DNA of 63,992 nt, the filler included. It is 3 parts of 3 records of this genome, joined end to end, with 100 filler letters (N's around TTAATTAATTAA, not from the genome) between each part and the next. Parts side by side here need not be neighbours in the genome. Positions count along the whole stretch, not along the records: positions 1 to 29,178 come from SRR31156797_6543; 2 more parts are not named here. One strand, 5' to 3'. The notes below the pieces were generated by a model. That model saw nothing but the letters and a program-made list of their open reading frames with translations, was not told the origin of the DNA and searched no databases. The translations under genes were made by a program, and so were the position numbers. Below, in pieces: positions 1 through 9,786 of the stretch (position 1 is the first letter of the stretch; each line of letters begins with the position of its first letter).

Positions 1-62
1 AAAAAGGGTTTAAGCCGCCGGAGGCGAAATGCGATTATCAAAAAGCGCGTAGCGCATCAAAT
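1..62. repeat. possible end of a dispersed intergenic (REP/MITE-like) repeat
   Basis: AAAAAGGGTTTAAGCCGCCGGAGGC...AAAAAGCGCGTAGCGCATCAAAT resembles intergenic repeats I recall from Desulfovibrionaceae. Only one copy is in this window, so it is unverified. Confidence 0.3.
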
Positions 63-94
63 AAAAAAAAGGAGGACCGCGTAGGTCCTCCTTT
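63..94 (-). terminator. Rho-independent terminator after cobA/hemD
   Basis: AAAGGAGGACC-GCGTA-GGTCCTCCTTT hairpin followed by a T-run on the minus strand, just past the stop at 101. Confidence 0.8.
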
Positions 95-100
95 AAGTAT

Positions 101-1615
101 CTATTCAGAAACTTCCTGCACCAGAGTATCTACCAGTGCGGGGATGGTGTAATCTTCGGGCTGAATGTCCGGCTCATAACCGAACCCTTCAAGGGTCTTG
201 GCGGTGATGGGCCCGATGCAAGCGATTTTCACACTATCTTTATATTTGTGGAAAACTTCCGGCTCAATGAGATTGAAGAAGTTCTCAACCGTGCTGGAGC
301 TGGTGAAGGTCAGGTAATCGATCTTTCCAGCTTCGAGGGCCTCGGCGATGGGGCCGGGATCATTCTCGGAAAGTCCGGTCTCGTAGACGGGCAGGATTTT
401 GACCTCTGCTCCGGCCTTGCGCAGCTCTTCGGGCAGCACTTCGCGGGCGATCTTGGCGCGCGGAATGAGCACTTTCTTGCCCATGATGCCCTTTTCGAGC
501 AGTCCGGCAACCACACCTTCTGCAACGTACTTTTCAGGTACGAAGTCAGGACGGATGCCTTTCTCTACCAGCGCATCAGCTGTTGCAGGGCCGATGGCAG
601 CGATTTCGATTCCGGCAAATGCGCGGGCATCGAGACCAGCTTCATCCATCTGGTTGAAGAAATGTTTCACACCGTTCACAGAAGTGAAGATCAGCCAATC
701 CCAATTGGAAAGACCTTTGATCTCAGCCTGAACGTCAGCATAGTCAGCTACAGGCTCGATGTTGATGGTCGGGAACTCATGCACGCAGGCACCGAGCTTG
801 CCGAGAGTGGAAACAAGGCCGCTGGCCTGTTCTCGGGCACGGGTAACAACAACACCTTTGCCGAGCAGGGGCTTTTTCTCGAACCATGCCAGTTTGTCGT
901 GCAGGGAGCAGACACCGCCAACAACGATGATGGAAGGAGCCTTGAACTTACGTTCTTTTGCTTCCTCGGCAACGTTTTCAAGAGTAGAGACAAAAGACTG
1001 CTGGTTGCAGCGGGTTCCCCAGCGCACGAGAGCAACTGGAGTTTCGGGATCACGACCGTTCTTGATCAAATTATCCGCGATCATGGGCAGGTTTTTCACG
1101 CCCATGTAAAAAACGAGAGTGCTGGTGGATTTGGCGTACACTTCCCAATTATGACCGGTCTTTTCCTTGGTGGGATCTTCGTGTCCGGTGATGAAGCATA
1201 CAGAAGTGGTGAAATCGCGGTGAGTTACCGGAATACCAGCGTAAGCGGGAGCTGCAACACCTGCGGTGATACCGGGGATGACTTCAAAGTCGATTCCGGC
1301 TTCAACCAGTTCTTCAGCTTCTTCGCCGCCGCGACCGAAAACATAAGGATCGCCGCCTTTCAAACGGGCAATAACCTTACCTTCGTTGGCTTTCTCAACG
1401 ATGAGCTCGTTGATCTTATCCTGCGGCAGGGTGTGGTCGCCGCCTTTTTTACCTACGTAAAGAATTTCGCAATCAGCTTTACAATAGTTCAGAAATTCGA
1501 TGTTTGCCAGATAGTCGTAGATGAGTACATCTGCGGTCTCCAGCACTTCTTTAGCTTTAACAGTCAGCAGACCGGGATCACCGGGACCCGCACCAATAAG
1601 ATATACCAAACCCAT
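101..1615 (-). CDS. cobA: uroporphyrinogen-III C-methyltransferase / uroporphyrinogen-III synthase fusion (CobA/HemD)
   Basis: N-terminal VYLIGAGPGDPGLLT and RLKGGDPYVFGRGGEE (SUMT); C-terminal HemD-type VVVTRAREQ, IFTSVNGV, FTSSSTV, CIGPIT. Confidence 0.95.
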   Translation of the reverse strand: MGLVYLIGAGPGDPGLLTVKAKEVLETADVLIYDYLANIEFLNYCKADCEILYVGKKGGDHTLPQDKINELIVEKANEGKVIARLKGGDPYVFGRGGEEAEELVEAGIDFEVIPGITAGVAAPAYAGIPVTHRDFTTSVCFITGHEDPTKEKTGHNWEVYAKSTSTLVFYMGVKNLPMIADNLIKNGRDPETPVALVRWGTRCNQQSFVSTLENVAEEAKERKFKAPSIIVVGGVCSLHDKLAWFEKKPLLGKGVVVTRAREQASGLVSTLGKLGACVHEFPTINIEPVADYADVQAEIKGLSNWDWLIFTSVNGVKHFFNQMDEAGLDARAFAGIEIAAIGPATADALVEKGIRPDFVPEKYVAEGVVAGLLEKGIMGKKVLIPRAKIAREVLPEELRKAGAEVKILPVYETGLSENDPGPIAEALEAGKIDYLTFTSSSTVENFFNLIEPEVFHKYKDSVKIACIGPITAKTLEGFGYEPDIQPEDYTIPALVDTLVQEVSE

Positions 1616-1635
1616 AATACACCCTCTTATTGTTT

Positions 1636-1677
1636 ATATTTTAAAATAGGGGGCATATACCCCCTATTTTAAAATAT
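1636..1677. repeat. perfect 18-bp inverted repeat between valS and cobA
   Basis: ATATTTTAAAATAGGGGG-CATATA-CCCCCTATTTTAAAATAT. Confidence 0.85.
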
Positions 1678-1682
1678 TAATC

Positions 1683-4337
1683 TTATTCCATTACACTGAC
1701 GAGTCTGTCTTTCAGCTCGGTCAGCTTTGCTTTCTTGTCATTGATTTCTTCCAAGCGGGCTTTTTCTTTCTCAACAACTGCTGCGGGAGCGTTGCTGACA
1801 AAGCCTTTGTTGGAAAGTTTCTTTTCTATCACAACAAGATCTTTGTCCAGTTTGGCAAATTCCTTGTCCAGACGAGCAAGCTCGGACTCGAAATCCACTG
1901 CACCTGCCAGCGGCACGAAAAGTTCGTTACCCTGAACAACCGCGGTACCGGATGCGCTGGGACCTTCTGCGTCAGGACCTGCGGTTACGCTATCCAGACG
2001 GGCCAGAGCCTTGAACAGATCAATGTTGTCGTTAATCAACGCGGCGGACTTTTCATCAGCAGTACGCACGATGAGTTCCAGCTTCTTGGAAGGCGCAATG
2101 ATCAACTCGGTACGAATGTTACGTACAGCGGAGACAAGGCCCTGGAAAAGTTCCATATCTTCGATGGCCTTTTCATTACGGCAGTTATCACGCTTTTCAG
2201 GGTAGGCAACGGTGGCAATGTCACCATTTTCGATTCCGGGCAGTACGGACCAGATTTCCTGAGTAACAAAAGGCATTACCGGATGCAGCAGAACCATGGT
2301 CTCGGAAAGAACGGTCCAGAGGACCTTCAGGGTTGCGTCTTTGCGGGTAGCATCGTCGCTGTAAAGGTCCGGCTTGATCATTTCGAGATACCAGTCACAG
2401 AACTCGTTCCAGATAAATCTGTACATGGTCTGGGCAACTTCGTTGAAGCGGTAGGCTTCCACTGCTTCACGCATGGTGTCCTTCACTTCTTCAAGGCGGT
2501 GCAGAATCCATTCGTTGGCGAGACCGGATGCGTCTTCGAGAGATGCTTCGGGTTTCTTGCCGTCGAGGTTCATGAGCGCAAAACGTGCGGAGTTCCAGAT
2601 TTTGTTCACAAAGTTGCGGTAACCGTCAATACGCTGTTCGGAAAGCTTGATATCACGGCCCATGGCGGCAAAGGAAGTCAGGGTAAAACGCAGAGCGTCA
2701 GTACCGTACTTGTCGGACATTTCCAGCGGATCAATGACGTTACCGGTAGACTTGGACATCTTCTTGCCGTGCTCATCACGCACAAGAGCGTGAATGTAAA
2801 CATGGTGGAAAGGAATCTGGTCCTGAAAGTGGATACCCATCATCATCATGCGTGCGACCCAGAAGAACAGGATGTCGAATCCGGTAATCAGCACGGATGT
2901 GGGATAGTACTTGGCCAGTTCCGGAGTCTCTTCAGGCCAGCCCAGAGTGGAGAATGGCCAGAGAGCGGAAGAAAACCAGGTGTCGAGTACGTCTTCTTCC
3001 TGAGTAAGCTTGGCAGAACCGCACTTGGTGCATTTGGTGGGATCTTCATTGGCAACAATGAGTTCACCGCACTCTTCACAGGTCCATGCCGGGATACGGT
3101 GTCCCCACCAAATCTGACGGGAGATGCACCAGTCACGAATGTTGTCCAGCCACTCGTAATAGACCTTTTCCCAGTTGGAGGGGAAAATCTTGGTCTCAGA
3201 AGGAACAGCAGCGCGGGCTTTTTCAGCCAGCGGCTTCATGGCAACAAACCACTGTTCGGAAACATGAGGTTCAATGACGGACTTACAACGATAACATTCA
3301 CCAACGGAATGCTCGTGGTCGTCGATGGAGATGAGGTAGCCTTCAGCTTTAAGGTCCTCAACGATTACCTTGCGGAGATCATCCTTGAACATACCCTGAT
3401 ATTTTTCAGGTGCGTTCTCGTTGATGTTGCCGTCTTCATCGAACACGGAAAGAACTTCGAGATTGTGTTTACGGCCCAGTTCCCAGTCATTCATGTCGTG
3501 AGCGGGAGTAACTTTCAAAGCACCGGTACCGAATTCCATATCTACGTATGAATCACCGATGATGGGCAGTTCACGGCCTACAATGGGCAGAATCGCGGTC
3601 TTTCCGATGAGATGCTTGAAGCGGTCATCTTCGGGGTTAACACAGATAGCGGTATCACCGAGCATCGTTTCGGGACGGGTGGTCGCGATGATCAGTTCGC
3701 CGGAGCCGTCGGAAAGTTTGTACTTGATGTTGTAGAAATGGCCCGGTTTGGGGGAGTGTTCCACTTCATCGTCAGCAAGCGCGGTGTGGCAGCGGTTACA
3801 CCAGTTGATGATGTAGTTGCCTTTGTAGATGAGGCCTTCTTCGTAAAGCTTTACGAAAACCTTGCGGACAGCCTTGGCGCGCTGCTCGTCAAAGGTGAAG
3901 CATTCGCGGTCCCAGTCAACGGATGCGCCCATGCGGCGGATCTGCTTGAGGATGTGACCGCCCTTTTCTTCTTTCCATTCCCAGACGCGCTCAATGAATT
4001 TCTCACGGCCGAGATCGTCACGGGTCTTGCCTTCGGTCTTGAGCTGACGCTCAACAACGTTCTGAGTAGCGATACCGGCGTGGTCGGTGCCGGGAACCCA
4101 AAGAACGTTCTTACCCTGCTGGCGCTGGTAGCGACAGAGGATATCCTGCAAAGTGAGGTTCAGAGCGTGGCCCATGTGCAGCACACCGGTAACGTTCGGC
4201 GGCGGAATCACGATGGAGTAAGGATCGCCGTCAGCTTCGGGATCGGGTGTGAAAGTCTTATTTTCTTCCCAGTGGTCAAGCCACTTTTTTTCTACATCCC
4301 AAGGTTCGTAACCTTTGGGGAGGTTTGATTCCGCCAT
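1683..4337 (-). CDS. valS: valine--tRNA ligase
   Basis: PPPNVTGVLHMGH (HIGH-like), DWCISRQIWWGH, KMSKS and C-terminal coiled coil. Start moved to the ATG at 4337, which follows an AGGAG RBS. Confidence 0.97.
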   Translation of the reverse strand: MAESNLPKGYEPWDVEKKWLDHWEENKTFTPDPEADGDPYSIVIPPPNVTGVLHMGHALNLTLQDILCRYQRQQGKNVLWVPGTDHAGIATQNVVERQLKTEGKTRDDLGREKFIERVWEWKEEKGGHILKQIRRMGASVDWDRECFTFDEQRAKAVRKVFVKLYEEGLIYKGNYIINWCNRCHTALADDEVEHSPKPGHFYNIKYKLSDGSGELIIATTRPETMLGDTAICVNPEDDRFKHLIGKTAILPIVGRELPIIGDSYVDMEFGTGALKVTPAHDMNDWELGRKHNLEVLSVFDEDGNINENAPEKYQGMFKDDLRKVIVEDLKAEGYLISIDDHEHSVGECYRCKSVIEPHVSEQWFVAMKPLAEKARAAVPSETKIFPSNWEKVYYEWLDNIRDWCISRQIWWGHRIPAWTCEECGELIVANEDPTKCTKCGSAKLTQEEDVLDTWFSSALWPFSTLGWPEETPELAKYYPTSVLITGFDILFFWVARMMMMGIHFQDQIPFHHVYIHALVRDEHGKKMSKSTGNVIDPLEMSDKYGTDALRFTLTSFAAMGRDIKLSEQRIDGYRNFVNKIWNSARFALMNLDGKKPEASLEDASGLANEWILHRLEEVKDTMREAVEAYRFNEVAQTMYRFIWNEFCDWYLEMIKPDLYSDDATRKDATLKVLWTVLSETMVLLHPVMPFVTQEIWSVLPGIENGDIATVAYPEKRDNCRNEKAIEDMELFQGLVSAVRNIRTELIIAPSKKLELIVRTADEKSAALINDNIDLFKALARLDSVTAGPDAEGPSASGTAVVQGNELFVPLAGAVDFESELARLDKEFAKLDKDLVVIEKKLSNKGFVSNAPAAVVEKEKARLEEINDKKAKLTELKDRLVSVME

Positions 4338-4568
4338 GTATGGACTCCTGTTCAAATATAAATTCTTAAGCAAAAAAGATACGTAGCGGGTTACCGTATT
4401 CCGGCTTCCCGTTGCGTATTTTCTGCTAAGTTGGTTTCATAATAATATTTTTTAAAAAAGATGTACTTTGCCTGCCCAGAAATTCCGTGTATTTACGAAG
4501 CAGGGGTCAAAGACTAAAGCACTCACCTCGTCAACTTGCGCTACACACACTTATAAAGAGACACGAAC

Positions 4569-5813
4569 ATGTCAAGTATCTATATATTATGGGACGACTC
4601 CCACATATGGGGGCTACTGGTCAAAAGAGCCCTTGAAGCATGGAACATCGACCACGAACTTGTGCGTGGGCATCAAATAGCGCAAGGACTGCTTTCAGGC
4701 AAGCCTCCGGCAGCACTTATCGTCCCCGGCGGATGGGCTAAGGGCAAAGCTTTGCATCTTGGCGGACCGGGCATCCTTGAAATCCAAAAATATGTCGGCG
4801 AGGGCGGCAACTACCTCGGCTTTTGCGGCGGGGCCGGGCTGGGTCTTTCCGACACCGGAGGCTTAGGCTTAAGCTGCTGGCAACGCAAAGGATTTGAGAA
4901 CAGACTGCATCATTTTTTAAGCGGACACATCAACGTTCAACTGGACCAGTCCAACCCTCTGGTTCCCGAAACTTTAGGCGAAAGCGCCCTGATTCCGGTC
5001 TGGTGGCCAGGACAATTTTCTCCGAACAAATGTGATTCCACCACCGCACTGGGCCGCTACCGTGAACCGGATAATGACTTCTGGGTTGCTGATCTGTGCA
5101 TAAGCTCACTCCCCGAAGGCACGCTTAATGACTGGCATAACATGTACGGTATCTCCCTGCTGCCTGAATTTCTGCATGACCGTCCGGCCGTTGTTTCCGG
5201 ACAGACCGGTAAAGGTAATTTCATTTTAAGCTACCCGCACCTTGAGACCCCAGCTTCCGCGCAGGCTAACATCTGGCTATCGCACATCCTTGACCGCATG
5301 TTAGGGCAGCAAACACAAGACCGCCCCACTCTTCCGGCATGGGAGTTAGCTGAAACACCCACCAATTGGGAAGACCCGGACCTTGTTTCTGTACGCAAAT
5401 CACTGGAACAGATTATAGCCACCGGACAAGGACACTTCCTGCTCTTCTGGCGCAACCCATGGTTACTGGGCTGGAGGAGGGGTATTCCCGGAGCAGCATT
5501 AAACAGCCTCTATGCACTTATTTGCAAAGTGACATCGCTTAAACCCAATAATGCTTCTATTGAGATGTGGAATTCATGCAAAGGTGAATTCATGAAATAC
5601 ATGTCCATTTTTGAAGAAGGTGTTACCGGATATCTTCTTGCGGAACGTTTCGCCATGACCATGCGTACTCTTGAACCGCATTCGATATTTCCAAAAGCTT
5701 TGCAAGAACAACGTAACGGTCTGTTCGGCCCTCCCCCCGGAGCTGGAGGGATTTATGCAAAACTACTTTCCATACTGGAAGAACTTGTCTGGATAATGCA
5801 TAAAGCAAAATAA
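4569..5813 (+). CDS. BPL_N / class I glutamine amidotransferase-like domain protein
   Basis: LIVPGG, GGNYLGFCGGA nucleophile elbow and LSYPHLE, typical of the biotin-protein ligase N-terminal-like family. Confidence 0.7.
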   Translation: MSSIYILWDDSHIWGLLVKRALEAWNIDHELVRGHQIAQGLLSGKPPAALIVPGGWAKGKALHLGGPGILEIQKYVGEGGNYLGFCGGAGLGLSDTGGLGLSCWQRKGFENRLHHFLSGHINVQLDQSNPLVPETLGESALIPVWWPGQFSPNKCDSTTALGRYREPDNDFWVADLCISSLPEGTLNDWHNMYGISLLPEFLHDRPAVVSGQTGKGNFILSYPHLETPASAQANIWLSHILDRMLGQQTQDRPTLPAWELAETPTNWEDPDLVSVRKSLEQIIATGQGHFLLFWRNPWLLGWRRGIPGAALNSLYALICKVTSLKPNNASIEMWNSCKGEFMKYMSIFEEGVTGYLLAERFAMTMRTLEPHSIFPKALQEQRNGLFGPPPGAGGIYAKLLSILEELVWIMHKAK

Positions 5814-5916
5814 ACAAAACGCCGAATAAACATATATCAGTAGTGTTTGAACATTAACTGAATCTAATATAGGGTTTATTTACAGATTAGTATTTTCCAC
5901 TTCCGGTTTAACGGCA

Positions 5917-7905
5917 ATGGCCAAAAACACGGGTAATATATCCATGACTGACCAAGCGACTTCTGCACGGGGAGCAGACCTTCGCAATAAGCGGGATGAA
6001 ACTATTGCTGAGAACCGTGATGCTGTGCTGGAATTCAAAATTACCCCAGATAAAATGGCGGCCTTCATTTCTTCCTACATTCCAGCAGAAGGCAACGGAA
6101 AGACTCTTTCACTGGAGCTGATGCAGGCTGAACTGAAACGTTCTGGAATCGGTGGAGAACTTGATCACGATGGGGCCATGTTCGCTCTCAAAAGAGCTGG
6201 GGAAGGAAAAAGCATCCTCAACGTTGCCCTTGTACGGGCCCAATATCCTCAAGACGCAGAAGACGGCCAGATCATAACCGATGCCGATCTAAACTTCCCG
6301 GTTATGCCGGGAATGGAATTCGGAAAACTCAGCAAAGCGACCCCTGCTTCCCCCGGCAAAAATCTTGACGGGGAAGAAATTCCGGCAGAAGACACCCACA
6401 CACCCAAGCCCATCACTCTCGCGGACGCCGAAGACCGCAACTGCATTCTTGACCCGGAAAGCGGTAAACTGATTGCCGAAACTTACGGACTGGTTAGAGT
6501 TCAAGATCATCAGGTAATGGTTGAACCGCTCATCAAAGTATCAACAGATGTGATGAAGGTATCCACCAAGCTTTACCCCCATGATTGCTTCAGCTGCAGA
6601 TACGACTTAAGCGGAATTGAACCGGCTCTGGAAGCAATGGGAATTTCCCGCCCACTACAGCATGTTGCAGGCCAGACCGCTATAAAGACAGCCCGCGAAA
6701 CAGGTGTTGCACAGGAAGCCATAATTGTCACCGGGACTGAACCAGTTCCCGGCCGGGACGGATATTTTGAATACGCCCGTGAAGACAGCTCCGCCAGCTC
6801 CATCGGGACAACCGGAGAAGATGACCGTGTAGATTTCAAAGACCGCGGAGTTCATCCCATGGTTAACCCCGGAGACATCATCGGCAAAATCCACCCCCCT
6901 GTTGAAGGCAAGGCCGGGGAGGACGTCTATGGGAGATTAACACCTCCCCCCGGCGGCAATACCCTTGAGATCAAGACCGGAGCCCATGTGGCTCCCCTAC
7001 CGGACGGCATCACCTACAAAGCCACTTCCACAGGCATTGTCCACTTCCAGGACAACACCCTTGCGGTCAAAGATGTTCTGGAAACAAAAGGAGACGTGGA
7101 TTACTCCACCGGAAACATCAAGCTTGAAAAAGGCTCAGTTCATGTAAACGGTTCCATACGGGAAGGATTCACGGTGGAAGCCCCCGCACATGTGGTAGTC
7201 AAGGATTCCGTAGAAGGGGCCACTGTCAGTGCCGGTGGTGATATCGAAGTCAAGGGTGGGCTGGTAATGTCCGGCAAGGGGCATATTAAAGCTCATGGAG
7301 TCATTACCGCACAATTCGCCTCCAATGCACGCATTGAATGCTGTGATGAGATCATCATAAAACATGAAGTCAGCAATTGCCTCATCCGTTGCAAAGGTCC
7401 GGTCAGTGCTTTGGGGGGCAAAGGAATCATTCAAGGCGGGGTTGTCAGTTCTCAAATCAGTATTGAAGCCAACGAACTCGGTTCAGAAATCGGGGTAAAA
7501 ACAGTAGTAGGTATCACCGCTAAACAACCGACCAACAGGAAGCTGATTAAGGAAAGAGACAATCTGCGGGAACGGCTGTTGAAAATTAATTCTGCTATTG
7601 GTGAAGGGGACAATGAATCCATCCTCAAATCTACACCTGCAGCCAAGCAGGAACAGATGCAACAGATTCTTATGATGCGCGGACGCATTAAGATAAAACT
7701 CAAAGAAATCCGCAAACAGCTCTCACAAGAACTAAACGACTATTACAAATCACTTGAAAAGCTCTCCATCCGGGTCCACCGTAAAGTACATCCCGGTGTG
7801 GAAATAAAGATCGGTGGCAAGACCGTGCAAATTAAAAAAGCCACTGCAAGAATGAAATTCCGTTTTGATGCAGAAGAGCGAACCATTATTGCTGCCAAGT
7901 TCTAA
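5917..7905 (+). CDS. FapA (DUF342) family flagellar assembly protein
   Basis: GDVDYSTGNI, beta-helix repeats, GIIQGG and C-terminal VHPGVEIKIG. Confidence 0.85.
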   Translation: MAKNTGNISMTDQATSARGADLRNKRDETIAENRDAVLEFKITPDKMAAFISSYIPAEGNGKTLSLELMQAELKRSGIGGELDHDGAMFALKRAGEGKSILNVALVRAQYPQDAEDGQIITDADLNFPVMPGMEFGKLSKATPASPGKNLDGEEIPAEDTHTPKPITLADAEDRNCILDPESGKLIAETYGLVRVQDHQVMVEPLIKVSTDVMKVSTKLYPHDCFSCRYDLSGIEPALEAMGISRPLQHVAGQTAIKTARETGVAQEAIIVTGTEPVPGRDGYFEYAREDSSASSIGTTGEDDRVDFKDRGVHPMVNPGDIIGKIHPPVEGKAGEDVYGRLTPPPGGNTLEIKTGAHVAPLPDGITYKATSTGIVHFQDNTLAVKDVLETKGDVDYSTGNIKLEKGSVHVNGSIREGFTVEAPAHVVVKDSVEGATVSAGGDIEVKGGLVMSGKGHIKAHGVITAQFASNARIECCDEIIIKHEVSNCLIRCKGPVSALGGKGIIQGGVVSSQISIEANELGSEIGVKTVVGITAKQPTNRKLIKERDNLRERLLKINSAIGEGDNESILKSTPAAKQEQMQQILMMRGRIKIKLKEIRKQLSQELNDYYKSLEKLSIRVHRKVHPGVEIKIGGKTVQIKKATARMKFRFDAEERTIIAAKF

Positions 7906-9786
7906 TCAGCCCTTGGTGGAAATAAGCCGGCCGTTATCATCAGCAGGATCATCAAGATCAAAATCAAAGCTGTCTTCAAAGGTATCAACCAGTTCACGTT
8001 TTACTTCCAATTCCAATTCTGTACGCGGAGAAGGCTCCGGCAGCCACGGCCCGGGCAATGATGTTTCCGGAATCAAATAGGTGCTGACTTTGTTTTCAAT
8101 GACATCATCATTTACTTCCTGCCAGCGGGTAAAAAGCCCATCTTCTTCATCTTCCAGCAGTTCGCGGACCTTATCCGGGTCGGCCAGCAGGGCATCATAA
8201 AAGATATCGGAATCAAACCAGAGCAGCTTGTCTTCTTCTGCCTCCTTCAGTCCGATCCATTCCAGATCGACCTCATTATCAGTTACAGGATTACGCCACA
8301 AATCGGCGAACCCCTCACGAAACAGGTCTTCGACTGGCAGGATGGCCTTACGCAAATCATTATATCCATCTGTGATCAGCCCGACATTCTTTTCCATTTC
8401 AGTAACTGCGTCCACCACCCGCAACGGAAGACTTCCACCAAAACCTTCTTCCAGATCAACCTTGACTCTGCCTCGATCCAAAGCAAATTCTCCGGGCGCA
8501 CGGATTTCAGTAAAACCGTTGATGGTCATTTGGGCATCGGACCCAGGACGGGCAGTCACGTTCAACCCCAGCACGTCCAGCCCTGAACCGGGTTCCAGTT
8601 CCAGCCGTTCTCCAATTTTGGGATTAACCGCAGTAAGACTTACAGCCTTGCCATCAATAAGATAATAATCATCACCGGTATAAACCGGCGAAACCAGCTT
8701 GGCGTCAACGACTTCAGCGCCAATTTTATCTGAGGTTGATGCTGCAGAATTGGCGATACGGGTTAATACAGTATCCCAGTCATCTCCAGCTTCAACATAA
8801 AAATCAATGGTCCCAGATTCGGCTCCGATGGTATAATCTATGGAATGATCCCCGGCAGTCAGGGTTGTTTCGGCATTAACATCAAAAGCCTTGCTCAAGA
8901 ATTGGGAAGGGCCCCCGGCAACAGCATTGGAAAGATTGTAAAGTCCTTCTTCCGCCGGACCTATAGGCTTTTGGGTGGCATAAAGTTTCAGATGGGAGAT
9001 AAGGTGCCCGCTGGTGTCGCTAAAAGAAAGTTTATTCAATGCTTCAAAATTCTCTGGACCGACACCTTCATTTTCCTCAGTAAGCACGTAAGCCGTGTTC
9101 ACGGAAAAGGCCAGTGCCGACCCTGTACCCAGCAAGTCATCAGGGTTTGAACCTACTGCATTCTGCTTGATAATACGAGCCTGTACCGGAAGAGAACTCT
9201 CATTGACCGCATCACGAACTGCTTCCATAACCTCATCATTGGTCATGTCACTGGTGATCTGGACAACAAGCTGATTCTTTATATGCCCCCAAGGCAAATC
9301 CTGCCCTTCAGAAACACCGCTTGAGAAATCCAGATTAATGCCGCTCTTATTGTACCCCAGAGACATATCAAACTTATAATATCCCGGATCAAGCGTTGTC
9401 AGGTCTTCCCCGGTAAATCCCCGGGAATAGTAACGGTAGTAACGCTGGATATCGCCCTTGGGTGTAATGGAGGAAGAAATATTATTATCAAGAAAGGGAT
9501 CATTGACCACAAGGCGGGCACTGCTCAAGGCAAAGTCCTGATTCGGCCAACGAAAAGAGGCAAGGGTTTCGCTTAAAGATTTGACCTTGGATTGGACCTC
9601 CATGGCCACGGAAGGGGCGGTGAGTTCGTACTTTTTTTTCAGTGCGGCACGGTTGAACCGATCCTCCCAGTATGATCCCGGGAAGACCTGCTGCAGGGAA
9701 TCAGACTTCTCCGTTGATTCCGCAATCCTGAGCTTGGTTCCGTCCAGTGTAAGTTCTGCCACAACCCGTTTCTCCATAGTAGACAC
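7906..9786 (-). CDS. FliD-like (flagellar cap-related) acidic protein
   Basis: GSDAQMTING, GYNDLRK and LEWIGL...FDSDIFYDALLADPDKVRELL resemble FliD_C. Start is uncertain because it overlaps the truA 3' end. Confidence 0.55.
   Translation of the reverse strand: MSTMEKRVVAELTLDGTKLRIAESTEKSDSLQQVFPGSYWEDRFNRAALKKKYELTAPSVAMEVQSKVKSLSETLASFRWPNQDFALSSARLVVNDPFLDNNISSSITPKGDIQRYYRYYSRGFTGEDLTTLDPGYYKFDMSLGYNKSGINLDFSSGVSEGQDLPWGHIKNQLVVQITSDMTNDEVMEAVRDAVNESSLPVQARIIKQNAVGSNPDDLLGTGSALAFSVNTAYVLTEENEGVGPENFEALNKLSFSDTSGHLISHLKLYATQKPIGPAEEGLYNLSNAVAGGPSQFLSKAFDVNAETTLTAGDHSIDYTIGAESGTIDFYVEAGDDWDTVLTRIANSAASTSDKIGAEVVDAKLVSPVYTGDDYYLIDGKAVSLTAVNPKIGERLELEPGSGLDVLGLNVTARPGSDAQMTINGFTEIRAPGEFALDRGRVKVDLEEGFGGSLPLRVVDAVTEMEKNVGLITDGYNDLRKAILPVEDLFREGFADLWRNPVTDNEVDLEWIGLKEAEEDKLLWFDSDIFYDALLADPDKVRELLEDEEDGLFTRWQEVNDDVIENKVSTYLIPETSLPGPWLPEPSPRTELELEVKRELVDTFEDSFDFDLDDPADDNGRLISTKG

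Noticed and set aside
101..1615. CobA-HemD fusion as a novelty
   Set aside because: This fusion is well known in Desulfovibrio and clostridia.
248..1672. 474-aa plus-strand ORF and other long antisense ORFs (2283-3551, 25101-26714, 60414-61310, 36810-37661)
   Set aside because: They lie opposite well-supported genes and show no recognisable motifs, consistent with shadow ORFs from codon bias.
4338..4568. T-box riboswitch upstream of valS
   Set aside because: No GGTGGNACCGCG T-box sequence found; only a hairpin, which is reported separately.
5801..5828. sigma28-like promoter TAAA-N16-GCCGAATA upstream of fapA
   Set aside because: Spacing is one base too long, the -10 box is imperfect, and the AT-rich context makes a chance match likely.
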